Assembly: GCA_003990765.1 (NCBI GenBank)
Contig: RBNJ01000007.1
Span: forward strand, 1-64,000
Direction of reading: 5' to 3'
From: Jimgerdemannia flammicorona
Taxonomy: Eukaryota
Length of the DNA stretch: 64,000 nucleotides
Positions 38,431-58,115 of the stretch are shown in pieces (position 1 is the first letter of the stretch; each line of letters starts with the position of its first letter). The notes beneath the pieces are model-generated. The model was not told the DNA's origin. It worked only from the letters and a program-made list of their open reading frames with translations, and did no database searches. The translations under genes and the position numbers were made by a program.

Positions 38431-39997
38431 TGTAATAGTGACCTCAAAATGATGACATCAGCACAAGAGATAGCCTTTCTTTGCAAGCCACCAGATCAGA
38501 ATACAAGAAGATCATATAGTATGACTCAGACTATGAGATGAGTAATGATGACCAACTGTGAGTCATTATGATTATAGTTCAGGTATCTTGAGGAATATAA
38601 AAGAAGAATCAAGAAACTGCAGTAACAGCAACTCAATAAGACCCACCAATCCCAAAATAGCTCAAAGACTTATCACAAACTAAATGTCTGCTGCTCGCCA
38701 AATCTCAAGGTCAAGGAATTACTAAGGCACCTCAGTTGAAGAAAGAATGTTCTAAGACATCAGAAGAGCCATGAGGACCTATATAAGAAGGACTCCTAGC
38801 CTCAACCTGGATACTGCAGATCCTTATCACTTTATTCTCTACTGCTGTAAAATGGAAACAAGGATCACTATTGCTACTGAATGCCTCCAAATGTGGCAGG
38901 AGTATGAAATAGAAAACCTTCTCTACTGGGAGTTCCCACAGGCCAGCCCTCAAGAGTTACAAGATGCCACTCCCATGGATATATACAAAACAAGAACAGC
39001 TAAGAAGATTCATCAGATCTTCAGGCATGCATCATGGTTGATCTCCAACTTAGAGTATGTTAGAGTCTCAGATTTCAGAGATCTGTCAGTCCACTGTATC
39101 AATGCACTAGAAGCCAGGGTAGCTACAGAAGCTTAGTCCACCATCATCCTCAATAGTGATGAAGTAGAAGACTTCTGGCATCCCATCCTCCAGGACAACT
39201 CAGATCAATTTCTATAAGGATTGATCTCAGTATTCTAAGGCCCAAGCATCTAGGTTAGACCTCCCCAAGACCCCACATTTGTTCTCTATTTTGTAGAAGA
39301 GAACCTCATAGACTGGAGAGCCCCAGACCTCCTTATTCTTACTACTGCCAAATGTGATAATGTCATCAGCAATAATGTCATCCTGTGTGACATATATGAA
39401 GTATGTGAAATGTGCAATCTATGCAATAAGACTGAAACATTCATGGACCTCATCTTCTTTGAGGATAGCAATGATAAGGATGAAGTCTCCATGATCCTGA
39501 ACATTCTGCTCTAAGTTCCTTAGTTATACTGAATTATGTTGGCATCCTTTTCTTGTGTAACAGCTGTTCCTTTACTGGCATTCTAACCTTGTGACTCAGA
39601 GTTATTTCAGTACTATTTTTCTATATCACTGAAATTCTGAACCTATGTAACCATTTGTGCTAATCCTGAAACTTGGTAGTTTTCTGTATTCCAGCATTTT
39701 ATTTGATTATTAGAATTTATATTTAGCTTTATATCTTAGCAATCATTGAATTATATTTTATATAAATACCTTTCTTATTTCCTCTGAAATAAAGTCAGTC
39801 AAGTTCACTTATACACACTTCCTCACAAACAATCTAAGAGATAACAAGACAGTTTAAAGATAAGAAGTTTGAGGACTATAAGATCTTAGAAAGACACTCC
39901 AATAAGAACTTGTTTATAACAAACTTGAGTTAGTCTAAAAGATACACCTTGAAGAGAATCTGACATATTTGAAGGACTCAGTGACTATTATATGATA
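38431..39997 (+). repeat. 3' LTR of family B (1567 bp, contains ORF 38684-39238)
   Basis: Direct repeat of the split 5' LTR. Confidence 0.95.
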
Positions 39998-40001
39998 ATA
40001 G

Positions 40002-42600
40002 CAATAATAAGCTAAAATCAAGATGCTGAGCTCCACTAAGATTTAAGATACATATATTTGAATAGTCTCAGCTTTAAGAGAACATCTCCTTAGTGTAATA
40101 AGCTCTTTACTGCCAGAAAATACTCTTTCAACTAGTACACTTATTGCAGGAATAGCTAAATAATCTTAAGTCATATTTCTCAAATTGGAAAAGTCTATTT
40201 GGCATGTCTGTAAATTTAAAATACAGAGAATTTTAGAGTTAAAAACTTGAAAAGATTCAATAATATTTAGTAGAGATAATTATAGAAATTCTCATATTCT
40301 ATCAATCTAATGTACTAGTACTCTCTAATAAAACTACCTAATCAGTAGATAGATATATTATAGGCTTATCTATTAAAAATTCTCTTTTTCTTTTTCTACT
40401 ATAAAAATGCTGAATAAGAGAATTATTGGTATAGTTATTCAAACTATAGTCTAAGCCTAGTAGAGGTACATAGTTTTTCTGATATATATTAATAATTACT
40501 TGCTCTGCTTTCTCAATAAATTACCTTTTCCAGCCTTGATCTTTATGATATTGAAGCTTTAATTATAGATCTAAAACTGATCAGATATCTAAATTATAAT
40601 TAGAATGATGAAACTTCTTATTTTAATTTATAGAAAGCAATACTTGACTTACTAGTGCTTATAAAAAATATAGAAGTACTAGTTTTTGAGTAATATTTTT
40701 TAAACTTCTTCAGAGCTATATCAATGGCTTCCTTTTGTCTCAAGAGAGATATATGATTATTTTCTAATAAGTCTAATAGGTTCTCAAGTTGATCAATCAA
40801 GAGATTATATACTGAAATTGCAGAATATATTATTGGAAACTTTTGCTGAACAACTTCTTTTATATATTCATTAAAATACTAGAGTAAAATAAATAAAAAG
40901 AGATGAGCAAAATAATACTAAATCAGCAAAAATACTAATAAGTACTCTTCTACTTACTTACAAAACTTTAATAACTTCTCTTAATTTCTTCTACTCACTC
41001 TTCTCAATTATCATATCTCACATTTCTCTATCTACAGAAGTAGTAGAATCTAGTGCCTGAATTATATTTAAATAAGTTAATAAGTCTAATACTATTCTCT
41101 AATATTATTATTAGTAATCTACTATAGTAAATATTAATACATATTTAATTATTATAAATATCAAGTTCCAATATATACTAATATCTAAAATAAGTTCTTT
41201 TGGAGTAAGATTGATTACTTTATATTATTCAGTAAGTTTTTTTTACTGTAGTAGTAATGATCAGATTATAATGATCAATTTGTACAACTTTGAAATAGTA
41301 TTAGAGCTTATACCAATTTTACTCCAATTACTAAAGAGTTGTGTAAGATAATCTTAAGCAGTAAGTTTCAAAACATAGATCTGATATCATATATAGTTAT
41401 TGTCTACATTAAAGATTACATTTTCTTATTGAAGTTTGATTGCCAAAATATAGAGAAATATAATATTATTGGAAGTATTGTCTATTATAATAGCTAATAT
41501 CTGCATTTTAAAATTTTGAAATATAAAATTATACAGAAAGCAGTTAATAATTAAAAGTAAAAACTTTTTTTTTTTCTTTTCATCCTCTTTTAACATCAGT
41601 TTAAAAATAAAAACTCCTGTATTTTAGTTGTAACTCCAAGCTCTTGAATATGGTTTATAAATACTTCTATAATATTTTCTCTAGAATGAGAACTCTCAAG
41701 CTTCATAAAGTCAAGAGTGAGAGTTTGAAGCTGCTAATTGGTATCAATCCAATATCTAGTAATACTAAGAAATGAAATGATATTTGGAAATATCTAGATA
41801 TTAATTATAAATAAAATTTTATCTACCATACTCTATAGTAAAATTTGAAATACAGTTAGCAACTATATTTGATTCAATAATATCTCTAATATTACTAATA
41901 ATAATCTAAATACTTTTATCTAAAGTTTTTAATGGAGATTATTATACTCTTTTTTATAGGTCTCTATGATATCATTATGAATAATATCAGTACTTAGAGT
42001 ATATAAATCAGGCTTGATAAGACTAAAGAGACTTTATAATAAAGTACTCTCAATAGTTATAAATGATTGGTCTTTATATATAATCTAATGAATAAGTCAA
42101 TTTTGAAACTCTGATATAGAATATGATTAAATTATTTTTCAGAAAAAAAGAAAAAAAACTTAAGAGGTGTAAAAGATATATTTTTGAATCTATACTAAAA
42201 TAAGAGAGAGATCATCTATTTACTATAGTTGGAATATCAATTTTACTTAATATACATATACTATATTCAATTCTATTTTATCTGAATATTGAGCTTTTAT
42301 ATACTTTATTATATTTATAGTAGAGCCACCATATATCTTGTACTTCTGCCTATATTTTAAAAATTTTATACATATATCAAACAAACTATGAATATATCTA
42401 AAGTATTATAAGTTTTACTTTTTTTTTTTAAAAAAAAAAAAAATTACTCATAATACTTGCAAGTGATTTCATTTTTACCAATCTTGGTACAATGTTATCA
42501 GACTTCAGAATAAGGAGTATAGTATGGAATATTATTCAAAAAAGATTGAATATTGTTTAAAGAAGTCTGACTTAAAGTATCATTAGTACTTAAAATATTG
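40002..42600 (-). pseudogene. hAT2 transposase remnant (intron-containing, heavily mutated)
   Basis: BED-finger-like HCTKIGKNEITCKY at about 42450-42495; FMKL catalytic-region motif at about 41700; DYLAIPAISVLVERVFSG...SLKAETI at about 40060-40170. Confidence 0.8.
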
Positions 42601-43044
42601 ATGACTGGTCTGTTAATATTGACATAATATATATACATATGTATTTGTATATATTTTGCTCATATATTTTTTTATTTATATATACTAGTAAATTATATGA
42701 TAAGTTCAAATTTGAGATTTGAATCAGATGGTTTGAATTTGAGATTCAAATTAAGTAGTTTGAGTCAAGTAATTTGAATTCAATAATTTGAATCTGAATC
42801 TAGAGATTTAAATCTAGTAATTTGAATCTGATAATTTGAATCTAGTAATTCAAATTTAGTAATTTAAATTAGTAATTCAAAGATTCAAATCAGAGCAGTC
42901 ACAATTCAAACTGATTCAAATTAATTATATGATAAATTTAAATTAATTTGAATTAATCATGTGATGAATTCAGATCAGTTCTAATTAGGAATAGTTACAA
43001 TTCAAATCAATTTAAACTAACTTATTTAGAGTACTACATATAAC

Positions 43045-44430
43045 AGTTTGTTTGTCTTCTTCAAAATCAGGTAGCAATGATCTATACAGTAGTCTATATA
43101 TTGTTTTCTTTGGGTAGTAGTCTATACAGCAGTCCATTTGATATGGTGGTTTATTCAGCATTCTTCAGCAATTAATTCTTATAATATTATCTCTCAAACT
43201 AAGAAGCAACCCAGTTATTAACTCAATAATTTATTCTGCCAGAGTATCTATTGTTCAATACTAACAGTTTATAGAGAGATGAATACTATGTATAATAGAT
43301 GGTATTCTTCAAATAATTAACTCAAGTAGTTTATATATAATATCTTTTAATTCTGCAATCAAAAATAGGGCAGTTTGGTATATATTAGATGATGTTCTTA
43401 TCTTCAAAAGTTAGATGACAACAGTCTATATAGTAGTCTTATCTAATATAGTAGTTCATTCAGTGTTTTTTAACAATTAATTCTTATAATATTATCTCTT
43501 GAACTAAGAAGTGATCTGGCTATTAACTCAATAATGCAGTCCTTTGCAGAGCATTTATTGTTCAATACTGACAGTTCACAGAAATAAGGCTGACAACTGG
43601 AATAACTAATTAATAGCAGATGGTACAGAGATGAACAATATCTTCAAAAATCAGATAATGATTTATATAGTAGTCTATATATTATTTACTTTAAGTAGTG
43701 GTCCATATAGTAGTCTATTTGTTTTTCAGCTTAAAAGTGAGAATTTATCTTAAATTATCAGCTAATGAGCACTAAGTTATAATGTAGCAGGTATGTAATC
43801 AGAAAAATGCAGCAGATTTCTATAACTCTTCTTAACTTCTCAGAGTTATAAGTGGTATCTATCTGATCTCATCAAACTACCAGGGTGAGGCTCAAATTCT
43901 TTTGACCTGAGGTTTATTCACTCTAGATACTGGGGATATGTATACAAGTTTGCTAGCTATAAGGTAGCTAAGTTATGACTATATTTCTTATAAGTCATTC
44001 TTCCCAAGTATTAATCCTTGACATCTGTTAAATCTTTGATAATCATCAAAACTTTAACATCTGTAAAATCTTTGACATTTGTAAATACTTTAACATTTGT
44101 TAAAGTTTCTACATTTGTTATTTGTAAGGCTATACTATAATAAATCAGGAAATCAGATTCATGAACCACAATTTCATACCATACGTCACACTAAATAGAT
44201 CTTAAGCTTAATAGAAAAAAAGTCTTTAGATATAAGCAATATAGTCTATATATTAACAGAGATATGAATAAGACTCAGAACATCTTTCTTAGATGTTAAA
44301 TAGTTTTCTAAAGTTATCTGAATAAGATAAACAGTAGCAGCAGTAGTAGCAGTAGCAGTATAGATGTGATGGGTAGTGTGGATATGTATGACAAAAATGA
44401 TATTAATAGCAATATCTTAAAGAACAATGC
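43045..44430. repeat. Unclassified decayed repeat (host of hAT2; continues 19080-19299)
   Basis: Recurrent AGTAGTCTATA units, an internal duplication (about 43140-43280 vs 43450-43580), and AAATCTTTGACATCTGT tandem units at 44010-44120. Confidence 0.55.
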
Positions 44431-44434
44431 TAAC

Positions 44435-44437
<3 letters not shown>

Positions 44438-44477
<40 letters not shown>
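44438..44477. repeat. T40 homopolymer at the repeat/gene boundary
   Basis: Visible directly. Confidence 0.95.
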
Positions 44478-44478
<1 letters not shown>

Positions 44479-44903
44479 AATCATATTAGGTGTTGGCTAG
44501 CAATGGCCAATGTTGTCTATCAATGTCCGACTCAATCCATCCGCAGTTTCGGTTTGCCACGTAATTCTCTGCAGTTGCGACACATCCTCCAAAAATGTAA
44601 TGTAGATATTCGATGCAATCATAGCAGTCGACCCCTTTTTTATGTGCTTTAAGATTACATTAGTCTAATTGACGCGATAAATTATGTAACAGATACTATC
44701 TCGAATGCCAACTTCTAGTAAGCGTCCAATTTATGCCTATTTGTGCTTTTTGGAAACGGTATTGCTAAAGGTCATCGCCACTTTAATGATATTCATGTGT
44801 GGGTAAAATGTAACATTGTAAAAGCAAAAATACCTGGACATAATTATTTATGAATTACTTAGTCCCAAGATACTGCTGGGGCTGCATGTCACCGCGCTCC
44901 ATC

Positions 44904-50540
<5,637 letters not shown>

Positions 50541-51008
50541 AGAATTCTTTATTTGGGGTAGAAGTAAACCAATTGGTGTGGCATGGGAAGCGAAAAAGTA
50601 CGTATGTTGCGTAAAAAAGTCAATAATGTTTAACATGTTGATAGATCGAAATTATTGGCCTAGATGGCAATACAACGAATACGACCAAACTTTGGCTGAG
50701 ACCATAATATTTCGCCAAAACGCGCTTTTGGCGTGTACGGAGTTTAAGTTTGAGGAGAGGGAGGTGATGGTGAATAGAGAGGGGGGGGAGCGATATGATT
50801 TTCTGTTGGGCGCCGATGGTATTTATTTTGGGGTTGGAATTTTGCATTATTATATGAGCACTAGTCTTCAAATCCGGTCGTTCCAGACAATAATTCATAT
50901 ATGCCAGTCACAGTCACGTTTTGTGACGGATGACGCAACAGCCCACGTATGTCTCTTACGTCTTTGCTCCGCCTCTCTCAGCTGCCTCCCACATCCAAAC
51001 CTCCAACA

Positions 51009-53157
51009 ATGGTAACCACATCACACCCCCCCACACTTCTCTGCTTGATACCACTTGTTGACATGACTGACCCTCCCCCACGCCCCCAAACTCACACAGT
51101 TCCACGGCGCCTACGACGATGACGATGACGATGCATTCAACCAGCTCGGCCCGTTCGGCACCCACATGCCAACCCTCTTGAATCCGAATAGGAATTTTGT
51201 CGAGACGTACCGATGCTTCTCCGTCGCCATGATGCAGGGCAATGAGAGGGAGAATGTCAACTTTGGCGGCAAAAGTGAGTACGGCCCTTGATCCGAGCCA
51301 CTCTGACGATGCTCTCCGGTGGCAGTTTCGGTGATTTGATTGGGTGCTCCTACTTGGAAGCTGAAACAGATCTTGCTGATTGAGACTCACTATCCACCTA
51401 TTTTACCTTGTTTCCCGACAGTCATTCTTCCTCAGTCTGCACTGGTAAAATTAGGTATGATGCTTTTACCGTCACCACATGCACGGCAGTCGTATTCGTC
51501 GCCGAAATATGCTGATCCAATTCTTTCCCGATTCTATTGCGCTTCGATGCTCTACATTACAGCGAGTCTCAACATCGAATACCCCATGCTCTTCAAGCTC
51601 GAAAACCTCGAAAAGGACCTCCACACGCACGCTGGTGTGCTCGAGTTCATTGCCGAGGAGGGACGATGCTATCTGCCGCATTGGGTTCGTTCTAACTGCA
51701 TCCTATGGGGTTCTTGCCAAATTTATACTCGCGTTATTGACAATCAAAATCTAAGCCGTTTACGATTCTCCCTGTACACTTAGATGATGCAAACCCTGCT
51801 GCTCGAACCCGGTGAAATCATTGAGATCCGCAACACCACCCTGCCGCTCGGCACCTTCGTCAAGATTGAGCCACAGAGTGTCGACTTCTTGGATATCACC
51901 AACCCGAAGGCTGTGTAAGCATTTTGCCCCCTCACATTTCCAATTCCGAAATGCTTCCTCAGATTTTGATTTAGGGACGATTACTCATCAAAATTTTTGT
52001 ATCCGATCAGGCTTGAGCAAGCGCTTCGCAACTTCTCCACCCTGACCCGCGGCGACATCATCCAGATCAATTACAACAGCAAGGTCTACGAGATCCGTGT
52101 GCTTGAGATCCGGCCTGAAATGCTGCACGGGGGCTTGTCCATTGTCGAGACGGACTTGGAGGTCGATTTTGCCCCGCCCGTGGGTTACGTCGAGCCCCCC
52201 CGATCCAAGCAGCAGCCTAAATTGGATGGACCGCGCATGGTATGAGGACGAACTTTTCGGTTCGGGGTATCTTCTACTGCAGATCGTGCCCGTCTACCTT
52301 TGAATCTCGGATAGCTGACTTAATCCTAGTAATCGTTTGTTTAATGCGCAGGCTACGGAGATGGCCATCTCTCAGCAGGTGCAGCAGCAGAAAACATCGT
52401 TTGCGGGTGTAGGTGTGCGGTTGAACGGCAAGCCGCTTTCGGCGGGAAATGAGTAAGTACTGAATGTGGGAAGGAGGCTGAGGGATAATGTTGATCTGCG
52501 GGATATCGTGGAATTGGAATGGAACTTTGGGGAGGTGTACTAATTCATCTCTTCTACACTTCCGAACCCGCGGTGTTGTGCTCGCTCCACAGGTCTGCGC
52601 AATCTACATCGGAACCTACAAAACCGGTGGAGGACGAAGACGGCGTGCCCGCGGCGCTCAATTTGCCATTTGGCCAGCTATTCTTTGGATATCCGATCGT
52701 TCCGTTCAAACCTAAGGATGGAAATGAAGAGGAAGCGGCTGGGGCGATTAGTGCTCAGGTGTGTTTATTTATCGAAGTTGTCTAGTTATTCTGGGTTAAT
52801 TTTTTAGGCAGGAGAAGCCCGCAATTGCGCCGTGTCCATCCATAATTCACCTCCCTCAATTTTGACTTGGTATAATTGCTGTCCCTACAGAGAACTTTCG
52901 TGGGCCAGGGACAGACGCTACGTCCGCGGCGCAACCCCACCAGTGCAACCGCCTCGCGGACCGCGTCGCCGACTCCCGGATCTCCCGCATTGGCTCCGAG
53001 CCCGAGCCCGCGCGTGACTGGGGGAGACGTGGATCCGTTTAAGGGGAAGGGTGAGTTGCATGACACATGGGACGAGTAGTGGTTACCTGTCTTGAAATCG
53101 ATTGGACCTGGCGTATCTAACCTCTCAATCACTTTCGTAGGTAACACGCTGAAGTGA
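51009..53157 (+). CDS. UFD1: Ubiquitin fusion degradation protein 1 (multi-exon; first coding exon is ATG only)
   Basis: [72 protein letters not shown], terminal FKGKGNTLK*. Confidence 0.95.
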
Positions 53158-53283
53158 ACGCAATGATCAGAAGTCGTCTTTCATACATCAATGTATCCTA
53201 TCCTTTTCGACTCTCTTGAGAATCTATAATACGATACTTACATCAGTTGTTTGTGCTTTGGTGGTGATTCGCGGTTGATGGTA

Positions 53284-53285
<2 letters not shown>

Positions 53286-53364
<79 letters not shown>
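53286..53364. repeat. T79 homopolymer
   Basis: Visible directly. Confidence 0.9.
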
Positions 53365-53365
<1 letters not shown>

Positions 53366-54370
53366 TTGATGGGCCCTGAGCGATGGGTACAGTTGTTTGC
53401 TTTTCTCTCCCCTGATTTTTCTTGTATATAGTGATATAGTGCGTTTGGTTTATCAGTGACACCGATATCGTTGTGTAATGTCAAATTCGCGGTTTATAAA
53501 GCCAGGTTAGTAATGCAATATTATGTTGTCAAGATGGTTAAAATGGTGTGCGTGTGATGGTAGTTGAGACTGGAGGAAGATTTCTTGAGTATAGATAAAA
53601 TACACCTATTTTTAATAATATTTATGTTTGGTTAATTATACTTCTATATTACGAATACTGCCGTTATCACCTATCATTGCTGTTGTCCTGATCACTGCAC
53701 AACTTGAGAAGACGCACTCCAGAAAATATCCTAGTTGGAACATGACTTTGATGACAGAGAAGCCAAACGAGAAGCAAGAGGGTATTCACGCCAATATTAT
53801 TGAATATAATAAGTTTTGGAGATGAGCGAAATTGTTATACCGAGATGAAATCTCCCTCGAGACTCACAAATGACATCAAGGTCATAGGTCACGGTCCCCA
53901 TGAAGACCGGGCAGGATCCGGTGCTTTGGGAGAGGCCGCAACATATCCTGCAGCAGACGCCGAGCATATCTTCTGAAAAAAAGGTCCCAGAACAATTGAA
54001 GACATTGACGGCGATGAATCGATCCTCGGCTTTTAAGCTGAGCCAGGCGATCATCCCCACTCTGATTTATTTGGGGTTATCGCTGTTGATAAGGATATTT
54101 GCTATAAATAATGGGTTTGGAAATATGATAGCAGGAGTGTACGTATCTTGATTATTACCAAATAACACTATTGCCAGCTAATAACTCCTGCGCCAAAAAA
54201 CAGTCCGGTATATCAAGGACATTTCAAGATGAGTGCTCGGCCTCGTTTTCAACTATGCTGAGACATGTAGGTCATCCAAACGTTATCACGGATGCTGCGG
54301 ACAAATATCATCTTCGGATGAAAGATGTCTATAATTGGGACTTTTGGGCAGTCGCGGAAAGTATTTGATA

Positions 54371-54372
<2 letters not shown>

Positions 54373-54462
<90 letters not shown>
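54373..54462. repeat. About 90-nt poly(T) with one A
   Basis: Visible directly. Confidence 0.9.
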
Positions 54463-54463
<1 letters not shown>

Positions 54464-56543
54464 ATACACTCCCGCGGCTGAAGAGGGCAATGGACGTATT
54501 TTCCCTTTCATTATTTATATCTATGGTTTCTATCAAATAGCAATCATTCTCTAAAATGATTTATGGTCATCATCTCAGTCGATGGGCAGATCGTCAGAAT
54601 GCGAGTGCTTATCCGCAACATCCATTGCTAATGCACATATGGGAGCTAGACTCTATCTGGATCGTAAAATCGCACAATGTCCATAATGTCGGTGGTTGAA
54701 TAGACCTTGATGACGAGCAACTGGGCAAATGATGAAGGATGCCACCAATAAAGACATAAGGCTTTTGAAATGGGCTATTATGAAGAGTATGTAAGAGTTG
54801 TTTAAGTATAGTCAAACCTAAAATAAATGGCTCCCTTTTTATATATTTACTAACATAATAGGGGCTATTTTTATTCTAGGCTGGCAGGATGATCTCCAGG
54901 ACAAACCATAATCCGTAGAGCTGAAACAATATTATTTACACAATATCATGCATTGGAGTGGGAATGACCGCTGCCGTCGGCCATTCAATCTGAAGATCAC
55001 GTCGCGCCTAGTTTTCTTGCCTTCGCCCTCAATTTATAGTTGACTGGATCAATACACACACACAACACGACCCTCGAGATCCATTTGCTTGTCAACGTAG
55101 TATGAATCGGTTAAACGCGTCCATCAGATATGGCCTGTCAACCGACGCGAAGAGATATCGGCAACCCCACCAATGCTGAGTTTGAAATCATCACTGCATC
55201 CCACCTCAATCGTTCCGTATTCCGCGAGTAACCCAAGTTGGTCCCAAGGGTGTGGAGCTTCGCACTTTCCAGTTAAGCTTCCAGGCGTAATTTCTCTATA
55301 TTCATAATCACCTTGCGACCCCCTCTCTTGTGGCATACGTAGATCTACAATGCAATGGGTGACGACTCCTAAAAAAAACTTCGTCGGGATAACGACAATC
55401 TCTTCCACCAGCTTTCTTGCAAGATATTAATCGCAACTGAAAACTGGAACAACGATAAAGTTTTTTGCATGTATCGAGTATATGTGGAGAGCGAATCATA
55501 CTCAATTGCAAAGAATAGTCGGTGCAGAATATAATTAGTAAGTATTTTATTGTTATCTTTCGAGTGACTGGGACATTTTAATTCACATTTGTTTGAAACG
55601 CCTGATATTACAGCTTCACTACAGCCATTGGAAAGCTTGCATGGCTATTTCGGTGCTCGTACGAGACAGGAATGGCGAGATCCCCTTGTTCAGTTCACAG
55701 CTACGTTTCTTGGACAATGTATGGCTCGTATGGCCGGGTTGGATTGCGAAAAAATGTATATATGAACATAGTCTCTGGTTCAGTGACAGCAACATTTCTT
55801 GCACAGTGTATGGCTCGTTGGCCGGGTTGGAAAGTGTGTAAATGAATATAGCATCAAGGCAATATAACGAGAAGAGGAGGAATGGGATGAGTTGGTATGG
55901 GCTCTTTGCTGATCATAATGTAGAAGCCGAACAACTCACTGAAGTTGAATATGAGAAAAACACAGCATGGAATTAAAAGAAGCGAATGAGCTACGGAAAA
56001 AATCAAACCCCATCAATGGCTAAGCTTACCACAGCCTATGTAAGGAAGCGAGACATGCATGGGCTGTCATTCTTCCTTCGACTAAGCAATCTCATTTGTT
56101 TCGTCGACAAGTGCTTCGGGATCGACCGCCACAGGTGCTCAAGCGCGTTTCACTGTGTGTGCTGGACGTCATGAATCAAGCGGAAAGCTTGACGGATGCT
56201 GTTGACAATTATATCAACCAGAAGTCGGGGAGGTGTCGAGGTTCTCATGTAAGGACAAAGCATCTGTAAGGGGTGGTTGATGGCTCATTGTATCAGGGCA
56301 AGCGTTGAAGATATGAAATAAGACAAATAAAAACACACATATATTAATCACACCACTTGAAAGCAAAGAATACAGCCTTTCCGAAAGAAAGCAATATTGT
56401 AAGGGCCAGTTGAATTTTATTCGCCAGGATGATAAATAGTATCGTCAATTAAAAGATGACCAATATAATGAGGATCAATGGCGAAAGTGAATTTCGCTTC
56501 AAAAGCGATGTCATTCTCCCCAGCACTCTACTCACGCCCTCCC

Positions 56544-57792
56544 CTACTCATTCCCCAGCAGATCCACCACCTTCCTCACCAAACTCTGCAACTGCTCGGC
56601 CCTCATCGCGCTCGTCGCCAATACCTCTTCATGGCTCGCCACTATCGTATCGGTATCTTCCTCAAAATCCTCCACATGCTCACCAGCCTCCCTCAGAACC
56701 TCCTTGAACGCGTCCTTGCCCCTCTTCGTCACCACCGCATTTGTTACAAGGCTCAAACCCAGCACCTTGATCCCGCAATGGCGCGCCACCACCACCTCCG
56801 GCGCGGTTGACATGCCCACGGCGTCGCCGCCCAGGGAGCGCAAGTACCTGGCCTCGGCGCGCGTCTCGTAGCTGGGTCCGGAGACGAAGGTGTAGACGCC
56901 CTCGCGGATCGAGTCCCGCGGAAAGCCCGTGGCCAGGGCCGCGCGGAAGGCGAGTTTGCGTAGGCTATAGGTATATGCATCAGAAGTCGGCGGGAAGCGC
57001 GGACCGAACTTGTCCAAATTGGGACCAACGAGGGGACTATTGCCCGCGAGGCCAGGAAGGGAGATGTGGTCGTTGATCACCATAATATCCCCCACCTTGA
57101 AAACCGGGTTAAGGCCGCCGGCGGCGTTGGTGACTGGTGGAAGTATGAGATAAATCAATCAGAACGATGGCCCCGTTACCCCACCCTCAACTACTTTCCT
57201 GAATTTTATTCCCAAAAGACAAGATGGTTGCTTACCAATCAGATTCTGCACCCCAAGCAATTTCATAATCCGCACAGGGAGCGTCACCTGCGACAAGTTA
57301 TGACCCTCGTAAAAGTGGAAACGACCCACCATGCACACAGTTGGAGTCCGGTGCTCGCCAAGGAGGCCAAAGACGAGTTTACCGGTGTGACCGACGACTG
57401 GGAAGGTGTGAATCAACAAATGAATATGATCAGGGCATTGCAGTACGCTTTAGGTGGGGTTTTTCGACTTTGTCTATTATTATTAATTTTTTTTTTTTTT
57501 TCCATCAAACGAGTCAGAATGCCGCTCTGAACGGCACGACCGAGGCCTACAAATCACATCATTGAAAGAGCAACCCGATTTCCCAAAACTCACCAGTGCT
57601 CACAGCGAAACCCGGAATTTTCTCATATGGGAATTCCACCTTTGTCGCCACATCGATAGTATCCACAATCCCTCCCAGCCCGGAGCCGCAAATAATGCCG
57701 ACCTTGACGTTCGGCGGATGGAAGTGGGCGGGAAGGTTGAGCAGGAAAAACTCGAGGGCTTTCTCGAAGACGACGTTGGATTGAGCTGACAT
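56544..57792 (-). CDS. PNP1: Purine nucleoside phosphorylase (exons 57792-57594, 57397-57236, 57133-56544)
   Basis: GIICGSGLG, VVGHTGKLVFG, GRFHFYEG, VTNAAGG, GPSYETRAE, AVGMSTAPEV, SLVTN, HEEVL. Confidence 0.96.
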
Positions 57793-58115
57793 TCTTATGC
57801 AGGTGAGTATACAAGGTGGGGAGAGGAAGGTGAAGAAAGTTCGGCGAAGGAATTTTATACCGTTTGTGGCTTGGTTCCTTATGAGCCTATCTCCATATTG
57901 TGGATAATTATGTATCAGTCCTCCGTCCCTCCCATCCGCGCAGAAGTTTCTACTCAAAATTTGTAAAGTTCTTCACTTTTTGACGCATATCTCATCTCAG
58001 TCAATGGACTAACCAACCGAGTGTGTAGTATCTCGATGACGTCAACCCCAAGTCAAGCCACCAGCGAAATTTCCTGCTCAACGCGCGCTCCATACTTCTT
58101 TCGCGTCACATCACC
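57793..58115. promoter_or_regulatory. Divergent promoter PNP1/TFC1 with perfect CRE palindrome TGACGTCA (58037-58044)
   Basis: Head-to-head ATGs 323 bp apart; extra TGACG/CGTCA half-sites at about 57981 and 58104. Confidence 0.6.

Larger units (their letters stand above)
26292..39997 (+). mobile_element. Ty3/gypsy LTR retrotransposon family B (gag-PR-dUTPase-RT-partial IN), inserted in the 3' end of the hAT2 transposase
   Basis: 5' LTR 26292-33747 (split by the LINE) and 3' LTR 38431-39997. TSD ATAG at 26288-26291 and 39998-40001. TGG-initiated PBS at 33751, PPT at 38421-38430. Removing it restores sequence colinear with 455-510. Confidence 0.95.
19300..43036 (-). mobile_element. hAT DNA transposon copy 2 (about 8 kb net of nested LTR insertions) with cargo
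   Basis: TIRs TAGTACTTCAAACAAG (19300) and reverse complement TAGTACTCTAAATAAG (ends 43036). Flanks TATACAGC (19292-19299) and CATATAAC (43037-43044) differ only by transitions, consistent with an 8-bp TSD. AATTCAAAT-type subterminal repeats at both ends. Confidence 0.8.

Noticed and set aside
53224-53484. Poly-Lys ORFs
   Set aside because: Translations of the T79 homopolymer.
53400-56450. Short ORFs between UFD1 and PNP1
   Set aside because: No recognisable motif or consistent exon chain; possibly pseudogene debris but unsupported.
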